Shown piece by piece: positions 54,176-64,000 of a DNA stretch of 64,000 nucleotides. How positions within the stretch are numbered: the first letter of the stretch is position 1; the number at the start of each line of letters is the position of its first letter. The notes under the pieces were generated by a model that had not been told where the DNA came from, ran no database searches, and saw only the letters and a list, made by a program, of their open reading frames with translations. Both the position numbers and the translations under genes were made by a program. Source of the stretch: Dimorphilus gyrociliatus (taxonomy: Eukaryota; Animalia; Annelida); NCBI GenBank assembly GCA_904063045.1, contig CAJFCJ010000001.1, forward strand, positions 3,534,001 through 3,598,000, given 5' to 3'.

Positions 54176-57100
54176 TTATTTATACTGGCAACTTTTCACA
54201 CGGCTAGTTTGCTTCCTTCCTTCCTTCCCCTCCCTAGTTCCTTCATCAACAGTTTAAAATCAATTGATTTACCAACAACACATTCATTTCTCTCTTTTAT
54301 CTTCTACTCACTCCTCCTCTCCATTACCAAATTCTATTCTTTTGATCATTGTATTGTGCTATTCTCTGCAAGCTTTCAGCCTCTCTTTCGCAGCCCGCTG
54401 TAGATCGATTATACCTCTATTTAGCCTATACTTAAACTAGATCACTAAAAATATTGAATAGGTCACGTAAGAAGAAACTGGAATTTTTTGCGAATTTGGG
54501 TATCCCATCACCAGCTGCTAATTGGCTACTTGGTAATCTAATCGATTTTAAAGACACGGTAATTGTTTACTATTGCGATTGCTTGTTCTACTCAATTAAT
54601 TAACTAATAAATTTGATTAACAACCGTGATTTATCCTAATAGAATGTTCACTTGAAATTGATGGAATGGGACAAAAAGCTGGGGAAGATTTTCGGGTATG
54701 AAAGCAAAATATCTAGTTACCTTACCTAACTAATTCATTCAATTTTAATAGTATTTACGAAGCAAGCGTTCCAGTATTAGTAACGTCAGACCTGGATTTA
54801 TTACAAGAAGTATTTGTCAATCAATTTCACGCGTTTCATGGAAGAAAGGTAAATTAATATTCTCTTCATCTCCCTTTTACTCTTATTTTGCTTTCTACCG
54901 TTTATCCAATAAGCGTTTCCCCGTCCAACCGGATGTAAACGACTCGAAACGGTGCAGTATCTTTATAACAGTTGGCAACAGATGGAAAAGATTGCGAAAT
55001 ATCATTTCACCTACGTTTTCAACCGCCAAATTGAAAAAGGTATTTATTCTCCGAACTAATTAGTATGCTTAAAGATTTCTAAAAGGCCTATTTTACGATA
55101 TTACTCCCTTTCGTTTCTACACCAATCAGATGTGGCCGGCATTGAAAGGCTGTACTAGTTTGTTTATGTCGAATGTCGAAAGAAACGTAAAGCGAAATAA
55201 TAATGGCAAGGACACTAAAGAAGACACTATTAGGAATACGCCTATTTTTAAAGATGGTTGCGAAGTGGAAGTCTACAGGTCTTTCTCTATCTTTAGAGAA
55301 AAATCCGTTGCTAACGTTACAATTATTCCATTGAATTTTCATTTCAGTTTATTACAAAAGTTCACTATAGATACGTTCTTTAAATTGGCTATGAGCGCCG
55401 ATGTTGGAGCTCAGGGCGATAAGGAACTTCCCGTTCTAGAGGCATGTAGAGATACGTTCCGTCGAACTTCGGCCAAGCACATGTCCTTTCTCCCAAAACT
55501 AGCCCGTTAGTTCAATATATTTACTACAATTATAATTCACTTACAATTAGTAAACAATTTGCAGTCGTCGTTCAATCAATCCATTAATTAATTAATTAAT
55601 TAATTAATCGCGTCTAATCAATCAAATAATTAGTTAATTTTAATTAATTACGTTCATCAAAAAGAAAATTAATTAATATTTTATTATTTCGTTTATTGAG
55701 CAGTTATAGTTCCGGAGGTTAAAGGAATATGCCGATTCATATTTCATAATTCAAAGAGGCCGAACGAAGATCTAATGAAAGCGTTCAATTCGAATATTGT
55801 TGAACAGAGACGTAAATTGATTGCGAAGGGTGAAAGTAATCATTTTACGGACATGGTACAGTTGCTTATTGACGCGGAACAACCTTTAAATGATAAAGAT
55901 TTACTGCTTGAAGATGAGAAAAAAGGATTTGGTAAAAGTTCAAAGGTTTTATCTTCAATGGTAAATGCTTTCTTTTTAATTGTATCCCCTCTCTCTTTTA
56001 TTCTTTCTATTGATGACCCCATTCATTCAATCATTTCTACATTCATTCCTTCATCTATCCCTCCATCCATCCATCCATCCATCCATCCATCCATCCATCC
56101 ATTTATTCACTCATTCATTCATTCATTCATTCATTCATTCATTCATCCATCCATTCATTCATTCATATACAGCATTTATAAACATACATATACATATATA
56201 TATATATATATATTCTTTCACTTATCCTTCCATTTCCCGCTCTTCAGGAAGTGGTTAATCAACTCGTGCTATTTCTGCTCGCTGGCTACGAGACTAGTAG
56301 CACAACAATGGCTTATGCCTTCTACTTACTCGCCTTAAATCCAAAAGTTCAAGCAAAATTACAAGAAGAAGTCGATAAACTGGACGAAGAAGAGGTGATT
56401 ATTTTACTTTTCAACCATTAATTTATTCCATCCTCTGTTCTTTAACAATATTTTAGGCTAACTTTGACACTGTTCAAGAAATTCAATATTTAGATTGGGT
56501 TATAAAAGAAACACTTCGCCTTTATCCCATAGCTTCAATGTAAGTAGTCCTATGTTTTATTTTCAAAAAACTGCAACAACAACAACAACATTAAAACTAA
56601 CTAATATACTGTACTAGATTACTTTTTTTTGTCATTTACTCTCCTTTAACCCAACAACAATTGACAGGGTAACTGCCAGAAGGGCAATGAAAGATGTTGA
56701 AATTAATAATGTCAAGATACCGGAGGGAACGTCTGTTTTGGCCAATGTATGGTCAATACATTACAATCCGGATATTTGGGGACCAACCGACCCAAAGGAA
56801 TTTTATCCCAATAGGTTTGTCATTCAATTTTTCTATCAGTATAATTTGCTATTTAGAATTTCATTGTCGTTTTTTTGGTCTTCAAATAGGTTCAATGGTA
56901 AAGAATTACATCCAATGGCCTGGCTGCCGTTCGGAGCTGGACCCCGAATATGCATCGGAATGAAATTTGCCATGATGGAAATGAAATTCTTACTCTTTCA
57001 ATTCTTCAGAGCCTATACTATTTCAACAGTTTAGTCTTATCGTTTACCTTTTAAAATAAGCGTCGCATAAACGAATAACCGCAATAACCATCTTTCAATA

Positions 57101-57196
57101 CAGACTGAAAATACTGAAAATCCACTTACTCTATCAGATGGCGCTACAACAACTCCAACAAACGGCGTTCACCTGAAGATATCTGTTCGCCACTAG
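53946..57196 (+). CDS. Cytochrome P450, clan 3 (CYP3/CYP5-like), 13 exons, 535 aa
   Basis: Exons 53946..54007, 54462..54558, 54643..54695, 54752..54848, 54914..55039, 55130..55278, 55348..55505, 55704..55960, 56248..56394, 56457..56539, 56668..56814, 56890..57028, 57104..57196 (1608 nt, in frame). N-terminal membrane anchor, GIPSP..LGNL, WKRLRNIISPTFSTAKLK, AGYETS, ETLR, FYPNRF, heme motif PFGAGPRICIG. Confidence 0.95.
54132..54171. repeat. (GA)n microsatellite in CYP intron 1
   Basis: Seen directly. Confidence 0.95.
56040..56166. repeat. Compound (TCCA)n/(TTCA)n microsatellite in CYP intron 8
   Basis: Seen directly. It produces the HPSI/HSFI repeats in the read-through ORF 55775..56338. 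Confidence 0.95.
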
Positions 57197-59109
57197 AAGT
57201 AGAAATATATAAAGAAATGTCGTTGAGTTGAACAGAAGTTATTGAACCGACTGCACCTTTAACAATTGAATACGTAATATATACGTAATCATTGTAATTC
57301 ATGTTTTCTTTCAATTAAACTATAATGAATAGAGAAATTAGGTTGAGGGTTAACACCCCTTCACCCCTTTCAATACTCTATACTGTATATAGCCACCGAC
57401 CAATTAGTGCTTTAAATGCTCTCCTCCTTTAGAATTTAATAAAGAGAATATACAACATATTCTATTATATTTATCCTATTTATTAAACGATACTCGTTCT
57501 CTTTTGGCAAAGGAAAACCGATAGGATTAAGCTAAATTCAATCAATTTACTTCAGTAGTCTTGTTGAAAAACTATCACGAATGAATTGTTAATGATATAG
57601 TATCACTTATAAATTACTTATACGTAGCTAATAAGTAGAAGGAACCTTCTACCGCCCTGCAATATTCGCATAGCTTTGCGAACGATTTTATTCGTCCAAT
57701 TCGCCAGTCCATTAGCTATTAAGGAACGGATACAAATGCACGTTCTCCCCCTCCCATATACAGTATCTAAGCGAACGGCTTCAATCTAAATAAAAGGGCT
57801 AAATCTCTTTCAACAGTATAGATCCATTGGCGGGGAAACTGACTAAATGAAATTCTTTTCAACCGATGAACTATATTTGACGGATATATTTTACTTTTTC
57901 AAAGGAAATAAATTTCAACACCGAAACAAATTATTCTATTGAATTATCTCATCATTTTCCAGATCGGTTCATTCCATTTTGTTCGCTTAAACCTATTGAC
58001 TGAACGTAACTACAGTCATTCGGCAATGGAGTAATTTTGCTCTACACTTGGAAATTATTACGTCGAAGAGGAGGAAGAGGAGGACGACAGTTGCGAACTA
58101 TTTATTAATGATAAATCGAAAAGAAAGAGACCAATAGGAAAACTCTATCGTATTTTTAATCTTTCGTAAATAATGTTTAAGTTTTTAGAATCATCACACA
58201 ACGCTTTCATCAATAATGTTTGTTTGTCTGTTCGATAGACGATGTTTACCCAAAACTGGTCTAAAAGGAAATTAGTCACAAGATAAAAATATCTTCAAGT
58301 TTAGGTAAAAGTTTGTAATAAATGAAACGCGTAGTGTTGAGTCTTTTTTTTACAAGGCAACAGCAAATGCTGCAAACTGTACAGCTTTTCCTTCCACTCT
58401 ATTTCTACTCACAGCAAAAAGTGGCTCAATGTTTAAAAGAAAATGATTCAATGAAGCATTTATTGACAAAAGTTCATTTGCTAGAAAGAAACAAAGTTAC
58501 GGGGTTAGATGATAGATAATACGTTTATACTGTATATATTGAACAAGTTTTACTCATTTTGGATTTAGAGATTCGCCTTTTTCGTATTTTCTCCCCATCT
58601 TCCGTTCGTAACGATCCTAAATTCGCCCTCCATATAAACACCCCTCATCCAATCGATAATCTCAAGTCTTAGTTCGCCAAGATCATCCTTTTTTAAAACA
58701 AGCCAACATCGACCTATATCCGATTGTTCTATACGGGGAAGGCGTTAGGTCCAATAATTAAATAGTTACCAATTGAGAAGAGTTGTTGGTGATTGTTATA
58801 GTAATGGTTCCAATTAAACTTCTATTGATTAAAAAATACTTGAGTAGAGATGAGAAGAAAAATGGCGATTATCGTTGTTCCTAGTTCGTCAGCGCACATC
58901 GATAAAGAAGCAATGATTTCATCATTAAACGATTGACAATTGATTTTCTTTCTGTGGACATTTAAGATAGAGATTTAAAGAGAAGAAGAGAATCAAGAAT
59001 TTAGTTTTCAATAGGCAGACTGGGCAGTTGTAAGTAAACTCTATTAGAAATTCACAAAAAACTATCTTCACCGTTCCTATAATTCGTTTAGACCAGAAGC
59101 TCAACTGCA

Positions 59110-61277
59110 ATGTATCATCGTCTCGGAACTGAAAAGAGTTTATTTACTTTTACGCTTCTTATTCTAAGAGTCTGTTACGGGTTTATTGAAGAAAAGGAGA
59201 ACATTGCAAGGAGTCTTAATGCTTATCAATCGTATACTATGTCCGATGAATTAACGGCTGTAAATGCCATCAATTCTTTGGATGACTACAAGAAAACTTC
59301 AGCAGATGTTGCTCTTAGCGGTTGGTGGGCTACAGACTTGAATGGTTTCTATCAAATAACTGAAATATGCTTTTGGAATAAAGAAGATGAAAGTATAAAT
59401 ATACTGTATATACTAATATATTCGTTTCCTTTTCCTTTTCCTTTTCCCTTACAGTTCATTTTGCAAACTTTAAGGTCTATGCTGAGACTAATCTGCTGGA
59501 CGAGGATAGCTTCTGCTTTGAACAATTGACTGCAATACATCAAAAATTTGTTGGGGAGAGCACCAGCTACTATTGTAAAACGTGCAATTGCCAAGGATCG
59601 TTTGTTCGAATAGCAAAGAATCTGTCAAATCAGATGAGAATTACTGATGTCAAAATTAGAGGAACGCGCTTAAGGGATTCGGGTAATATTTTCCATCATT
59701 TTTCTTCATTTTTTGTCATTTCTGTGCTCTTCTTTAACCGTCGCAGATGAAACCCTTATCCAATTAACTCATTCCAGCATGTATTCAGGAGAAGATGTCC
59801 CAAATATTAATACAATCCTACTGGACGGTCTATTCTCCACGATTGTTCTTACTACAAAGCGAAAGAATGGAAAAAGTTTCCTAAGAGTTGATTTGAACAA
59901 CCTAAACCGAGTGAAAATGGTCATTTTTGATACGGATAACAATCTAGGTACTAGTATTTTAGTTCCTTACTCCTTAGATGATCAAAAACAAACTACCTAG
60001 TCGCGATTGTATTTAGTTTGTTTACGATCATTTCATTCCCTCCCTATACCTATCCCTATCCCTCTCCCTCTCTCTTTTAGATAGTGATATTGTGAGTATG
60101 AAAATTTATGTCAAGTTCATACCGGATACTTTCGAATACGACTCAAATTATCTTCTCGGTGAAATTCAACAACCGTACGAATCGAATCATAAAACCCATG
60201 TTGTCAGACATCCGCAATATCTAACTGGAAGGTACGTTCTCTTTAGATCGTTCGCCGTTAATTCTATAAAAAACAACTATATAAGAATTGCCAACATTTT
60301 CATCTATCGCCATGCAACCGATGAAAGTAAGCGAACGAAAGAAAGCGAAAACAATTCCGAAAATACTCTTTCATTCGTGTCATCTTTTTCAGAAATTAAC
60401 AATAAAGTTGTATATAAAAATGTTAAAGTTAAATCGATTCTCAAGTCGAACGTGAAACTGACGAATAATCTTTTTGATAATCAATTTACAAGCTCGTCGA
60501 ATGGTGTTACCATTCAAAATGGTGAAATTTTAACATTGAAGATGGAACCAACAGTTGTCAATTGTTTTTGCGCCAAAGGTAGATTAAAAAAACAAACAAA
60601 CAAACTAAAACATTGTTTGCATGTATCTTTTCAGTTTTCACATTTGGAATTGAAATCTCCAATGCATTTTCATTAAAATTGCATTTAAAATTTTTAAATA
60701 CCCATCAAATACCTTCTCTAAACGCTAATTTCATTGCTGAACATACAATTTGTACTAGTTTTTCCGAGCGAATTCTTACGGCTGTCGAATTGATAAGTCA
60801 GGCTAGAGTTAGAATTGATTCTGTTGCATTAATCGTGCATACTTTTCGAGGAAATTCAAGTTTGTATTTAAAGACACATTCGCTCAAGAGCTGTGTACCA
60901 TTTAAAGTGTTTCTCTGCTATTTTCATATTTTCAATGCTATCCAGTCGGTATAGAACACATTATCAGTCCTTGTAATCCAATGCGACACACCAGGATAAC
61001 TATTCCATCGTCATTCTTGCAAGCATGTACTGGAATTGGATTCTACGCTGACGGAACCAATATAAGAACGCACACCGGTACTATAAAACTCGACGATGTG
61101 ACTGTAATAGGAGAATGGAATAATAAGCATCAAACTTGCTTTCCGGCTGGAGGAGCCTACAGCGAAAAACTTTTCAATTACGTTTATTTCTTTATGTGTA
61201 GAACCAAATTGATCAGTGCCGATATTTTAATCTTCAACGCTAACATTTCTATAACGGCTGTCTTCAGAATTGAATAA
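59110..61277 (+). CDS. Secreted multi-domain F-type-lectin/discoidin (galactose-binding-like) protein, about 566 aa, 7 exons
   Basis: Exons 59110..59392, 59455..59682, 59747..59947, 60081..60326, 60393..60578, 60635..60859, 60946..61277. All six introns are phase 1 and the total is 1701 nt in frame. Signal-like N-terminus (SLFTFTLLILRVCYG). Domain 1 has WWATDLNGFYQITEICFWN..C..CQGSFVRI..ITDVKIRG; domain 2 has SSMY..LLDGLFST..FLRVDLNN..GRYVLF. The donor at 60859 is the least certain. Confidence 0.7.
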
Positions 61278-61679
61278 CAAAACAGACAAACTAACTGTTT
61301 AGCACAGATATTGAAATTCAATATCTTCCTTGTAATAATTCTCTTGTCAATTGATCTTTATGCTTGATTGATTGATCATTTTGCCTAGTTTATTATTTCT
61401 TTGCAAAAAAAATAACATTAATTAATCGAAAAAAAAAGAAGAAAGAAAACTGGTAGAGAATATTTACATTCATTGATACGAAAAATACAAAAAAGCTAAT
61501 TTCAGTTGAAAGCTGATTAATCGTCCGAATAAAAATGGCGTTATCTTTCCAACTGAAAATTTTCCCCTGATTGGAGAATAGGGGGATAGGAGTGATTTGT
61601 TAAAGAAATGAGTGTGTATTCTCGTTCAAAAACATCGAAAGCCAGTGGGTAACTTGTCGTTCTTCTTCTTCTTCTTCGC

Positions 61680-64000
61680 TTATATGTCGACGTTTACGCC
61701 AAGTGAAACGCTCTGCAATACGCGGCAACTAGACAACAGATTACGTAGCCAGTTAGTTTGAGCTTCGGTGAAGTAACATTCCAAAACGCAAAGCGAAAGA
61801 AGAGAATTAGAAGACGAGACTAGTCCGTCGCATATTTTCTCAAATCCATCTCTCATATTGTAATTATGACTTAAATAAACATCTTCCAAACAGCAACATT
61901 CCGTTAGAAAGTCGGCCAAGCAAACGCTATTCTCCTTAGTCAGACGACAATCGGAAAGGTTTAATTTCAATAGAGATTTCGAAGAGGATTTTAAACCATC
62001 AAACACTTTACTATAACATTTTCCCAGTGAATAATTATAACTCGAATCAGCTTTTTTCAACCCTTTACACTCTTTCAAAAATTCACCAACACTGTTGAAA
62101 TGCTCCTCAACTTTTAAACTATTCTTAAAGCTAAATTTAACAAGCGAATTGGCCAATGAAGTCTGTCGGCTCAGTACTTTCCTAAAACCACTTCCGCTGC
62201 ACATAAAATTATCAATATGCAGTATTCGTAATGAATTACATTCACTCAACAGGTTGCCTAGACAACAACACTGTTCATCGGTTAGTGAGCATTTGTTAAG
62301 TTTCAGTTTGAAAAGAGAATTGGACGATGATTTCAATCCGAGGCATACTTTAACAAATCCATTACGAAATTTCTTACAATTTCCTAAATTAACACTTTCC
62401 AAGCGAGTGCATTCTTCTAAAAATTCGCCCAACCAATAACTTTCATCCTCCGTAAAGAGATTATAGCGAAAGTCTATTTTCAATAGAGAATTCGAAGACG
62501 ACTTTAATCCGTTGCAGATGTTCTTGAATCCGTGACATTTATTATTCCATATAATCGTTTTTAACGAATGGCATTCTTTCAAGAAATCTCCCATCCAAAC
62601 GCTTTGTTCTTCGGTGAATGCACAATTCTCCACGTGGATTGTTGATAGAGTGTTTGATGAAGATGTTAATCCGTTACAAATACTACTTAATCCATCATCG
62701 CAATTGCATAGATAATCTATATTGATATCTTCCAGACGAGTGCACTTTTCCAGTAAATCGCCCAACGATACGCTTTGTTCTTTATTCAAATTCACTAAAT
62801 AGACAGCAATTGTCGACAGGGAATTACAAGATGACTTTAACGCATCGCATATCGTAATAAATCCACTCTCACTGTTTGTTATATATACCAAATTAACGTT
62901 CTTTAACGAGTGGCATGCCTCCAGGAAATTCGCCAACCAAATGCTCTGCTCCTCCGTCAATTGACAACCGTACAAGTTGAGATTGAATAGAGAATTCGAC
63001 GACGATTTTAATCCTTTACATATTTTCTCAAATCCACTTCCGGTGTTTGAATTGTAACATAGACTAATGTCTTGTATATTATTGCATTGTTGAAGTAAAT
63101 CGCCTAGCCAGAAGCTTTGTTCCTCGTCTAGATTACAGAATGGAAGATGAATGCTGTGCAGAGATTTCCATGAGCATTTCAATCCGGAGCATATTCTCTC
63201 AAATCCTCTCCAACACTTTGAATTCGAGCTCAAATCAATTTCCTGTAGTGAATTGCATTCTTCTAATAAATCGCCCAAGTAGACGCTCTCCCTTTCAGTC
63301 AATCCGCAATTGTGAAGGTTAACCTTTGATAGATATTTCGAAGATGATTTTAATCCGTCGCATATCTTCTGAAACGAATCTCCCCAACAATTTCCGCTAA
63401 AACTCAAATCAAACTCTTGTAAACTGGTACACTTTTCTAGAAACTCTCCTATTATAAAGCCTTCCTCCTCCGTCAAATCACACCTTGTTATTGAGATACT
63501 AGAAAGAGAATTCAAAGATGCCTTTGGCTCGGAGAGGTTTACTTTAAAGATAATACCAGCATTGGTGATTTTCTCAAACGTTAAACTCTTTAAATGGGGA
63601 CAATCCAGCAGTTGTTCACCTAGAGAAAGATATTCGAAATCTTGTAGATTGCAATATTTCAAGTGTAGATGTTCAAGTGTATATAACGTTGGCAAGTTGA
63701 AAATGGAACTAAACGCGTACAGCGTCAAACTCTTAATTGGATGATTAGTTAGGAAAGCTAAATCTTTTGCTTTTCCGTATTTCGCTCCTTTTAAAGAGAC
63801 TGAGCTTAACGATACAATGTCATTTGTGAAAAAATTCAATTCGTTCACCGTAAACGGTTCATCAAAACTATTGGCGAATTCGAATATTTGTGTACCGATT
63901 AGGCTGGGTATGATAATAGAGTTTTCTCTACAAATCCTACTTAGCAGGTGTAAATTGTCTGTAATAACTCTTGTCGACAAAATTCCCAATGTTGAAACAA
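61680..64000 (-). CDS. Ribonuclease-inhibitor-type leucine-rich-repeat protein (NLR-like C-terminal LRR array), 5' truncated by the window edge
   Basis: The frame is open from the window end to the stop at 61680. About ten 54-58 aa units (LGxFLxECxSLxxxxLSxN...GFxxICxGLKSSSNSLxxLxLxxCxLTEEQSxW), each two alternating 28/29-aa LRRs. No introns over 2.3 kb. An NTPase domain is not visible in the window. Confidence 0.88.
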   Translation of the reverse strand, partial: VSTLGILSTRVITDNLHLLSRICRENSIIIPSLIGTQIFEFANSFDEPFTVNELNFFTNDIVSLSSVSLKGAKYGKAKDLAFLTNHPIKSLTLYAFSSIFNLPTLYTLEHLHLKYCNLQDFEYLSLGEQLLDCPHLKSLTFEKITNAGIIFKVNLSEPKASLNSLSSISITRCDLTEEEGFIIGEFLEKCTSLQEFDLSFSGNCWGDSFQKICDGLKSSSKYLSKVNLHNCGLTERESVYLGDLLEECNSLQEIDLSSNSKCWRGFERICSGLKCSWKSLHSIHLPFCNLDEEQSFWLGDLLQQCNNIQDISLCYNSNTGSGFEKICKGLKSSSNSLFNLNLYGCQLTEEQSIWLANFLEACHSLKNVNLVYITNSESGFITICDALKSSCNSLSTIAVYLVNLNKEQSVSLGDLLEKCTRLEDINIDYLCNCDDGLSSICNGLTSSSNTLSTIHVENCAFTEEQSVWMGDFLKECHSLKTIIWNNKCHGFKNICNGLKSSSNSLLKIDFRYNLFTEDESYWLGEFLEECTRLESVNLGNCKKFRNGFVKVCLGLKSSSNSLFKLKLNKCSLTDEQCCCLGNLLSECNSLRILHIDNFMCSGSGFRKVLSRQTSLANSLVKFSFKNSLKVEEHFNSVGEFLKECKGLKKADSSYNYSLGKCYSKVFDGLKSSSKSLLKLNLSDCRLTKENSVCLADFLTECCCLEDVYLSHNYNMRDGFEKICDGLVSSSNSLLSLCVLECYFTEAQTNWLRNLLSSCRVLQSVSLGVNVDI

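Noticed and set aside
885-54403. Dozens of 60-140 aa ORFs rich in SLSLSL, FFLF, RERERE, IYIY or HSFI
   Set aside because: They are translations of (CT)n, (GA)n, (TA)n and (TTCA)n microsatellites and pyrimidine tracts, with no domain content.
55582-55650. (TTAA)n run in a CYP intron as possible piggyBac target relics
   Set aside because: It is a simple tetranucleotide microsatellite with no TIRs or transposase nearby.
62095-63744. Plus-strand ORFs overlapping the LRR gene (62095..62439, 63140..63322, 63562..63744)
   Set aside because: Antisense shadows of a long coding sequence.
1-64000. CRISPR arrays, rRNA, tRNA, intact transposase or reverse-transcriptase ORFs
   Set aside because: No repeat-spacer periodicity, no tRNA T-loop/cloverleaf or rRNA signatures and no DDE or RT motifs were seen. 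The LRR repeats are protein-coding.

Overview
AT-rich, microsatellite-dense animal (eukaryotic) genomic DNA with many short (about 60-80 bp) spliceosomal introns. It looks lophotrochozoan, probably an annelid with a compact genome; the LRR protein style is reminiscent of dinophilids, but this is inference. No prokaryotic features, CRISPR arrays, rRNA or tRNA genes were seen. Hand-spliced gene models, left to right: (1) 3' end of a calmodulin-like gene (+); (2) intronless D1-like (DOP1) dopamine receptor (+); (3) FAM124 (-); (4) an unannotated Cys-rich protein that resembles a degenerate neuronal calcium sensor (+), apparently sharing an NRF1/CRE bidirectional promoter with FAM124; (5) a TRAF adaptor (+); (6) a small secreted prohormone-like protein whose splice junction assembles an EF-hand (+); (7) an alpha1-adrenergic-like receptor with a GC-AG intron and a DRW motif (+); (8) a 13-exon clan-3 cytochrome P450 (+); (9) a secreted multi-domain F-type-lectin/discoidin-like protein (+); (10) the 3' part of an intronless ribonuclease-inhibitor-type LRR (NLR-like) gene (-) that runs off the window. 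Most short ORFs in the supplied track are microsatellite artefacts. Best leads: the EF-hand prohormone-like gene, the enrichment of TA-CWG-TA Tc1/mariner-type excision footprints, the degenerate NCS-like protein, and the D1/alpha1 receptor linkage. All splice models and motif counts were done by eye and need RNA-seq or computational confirmation.
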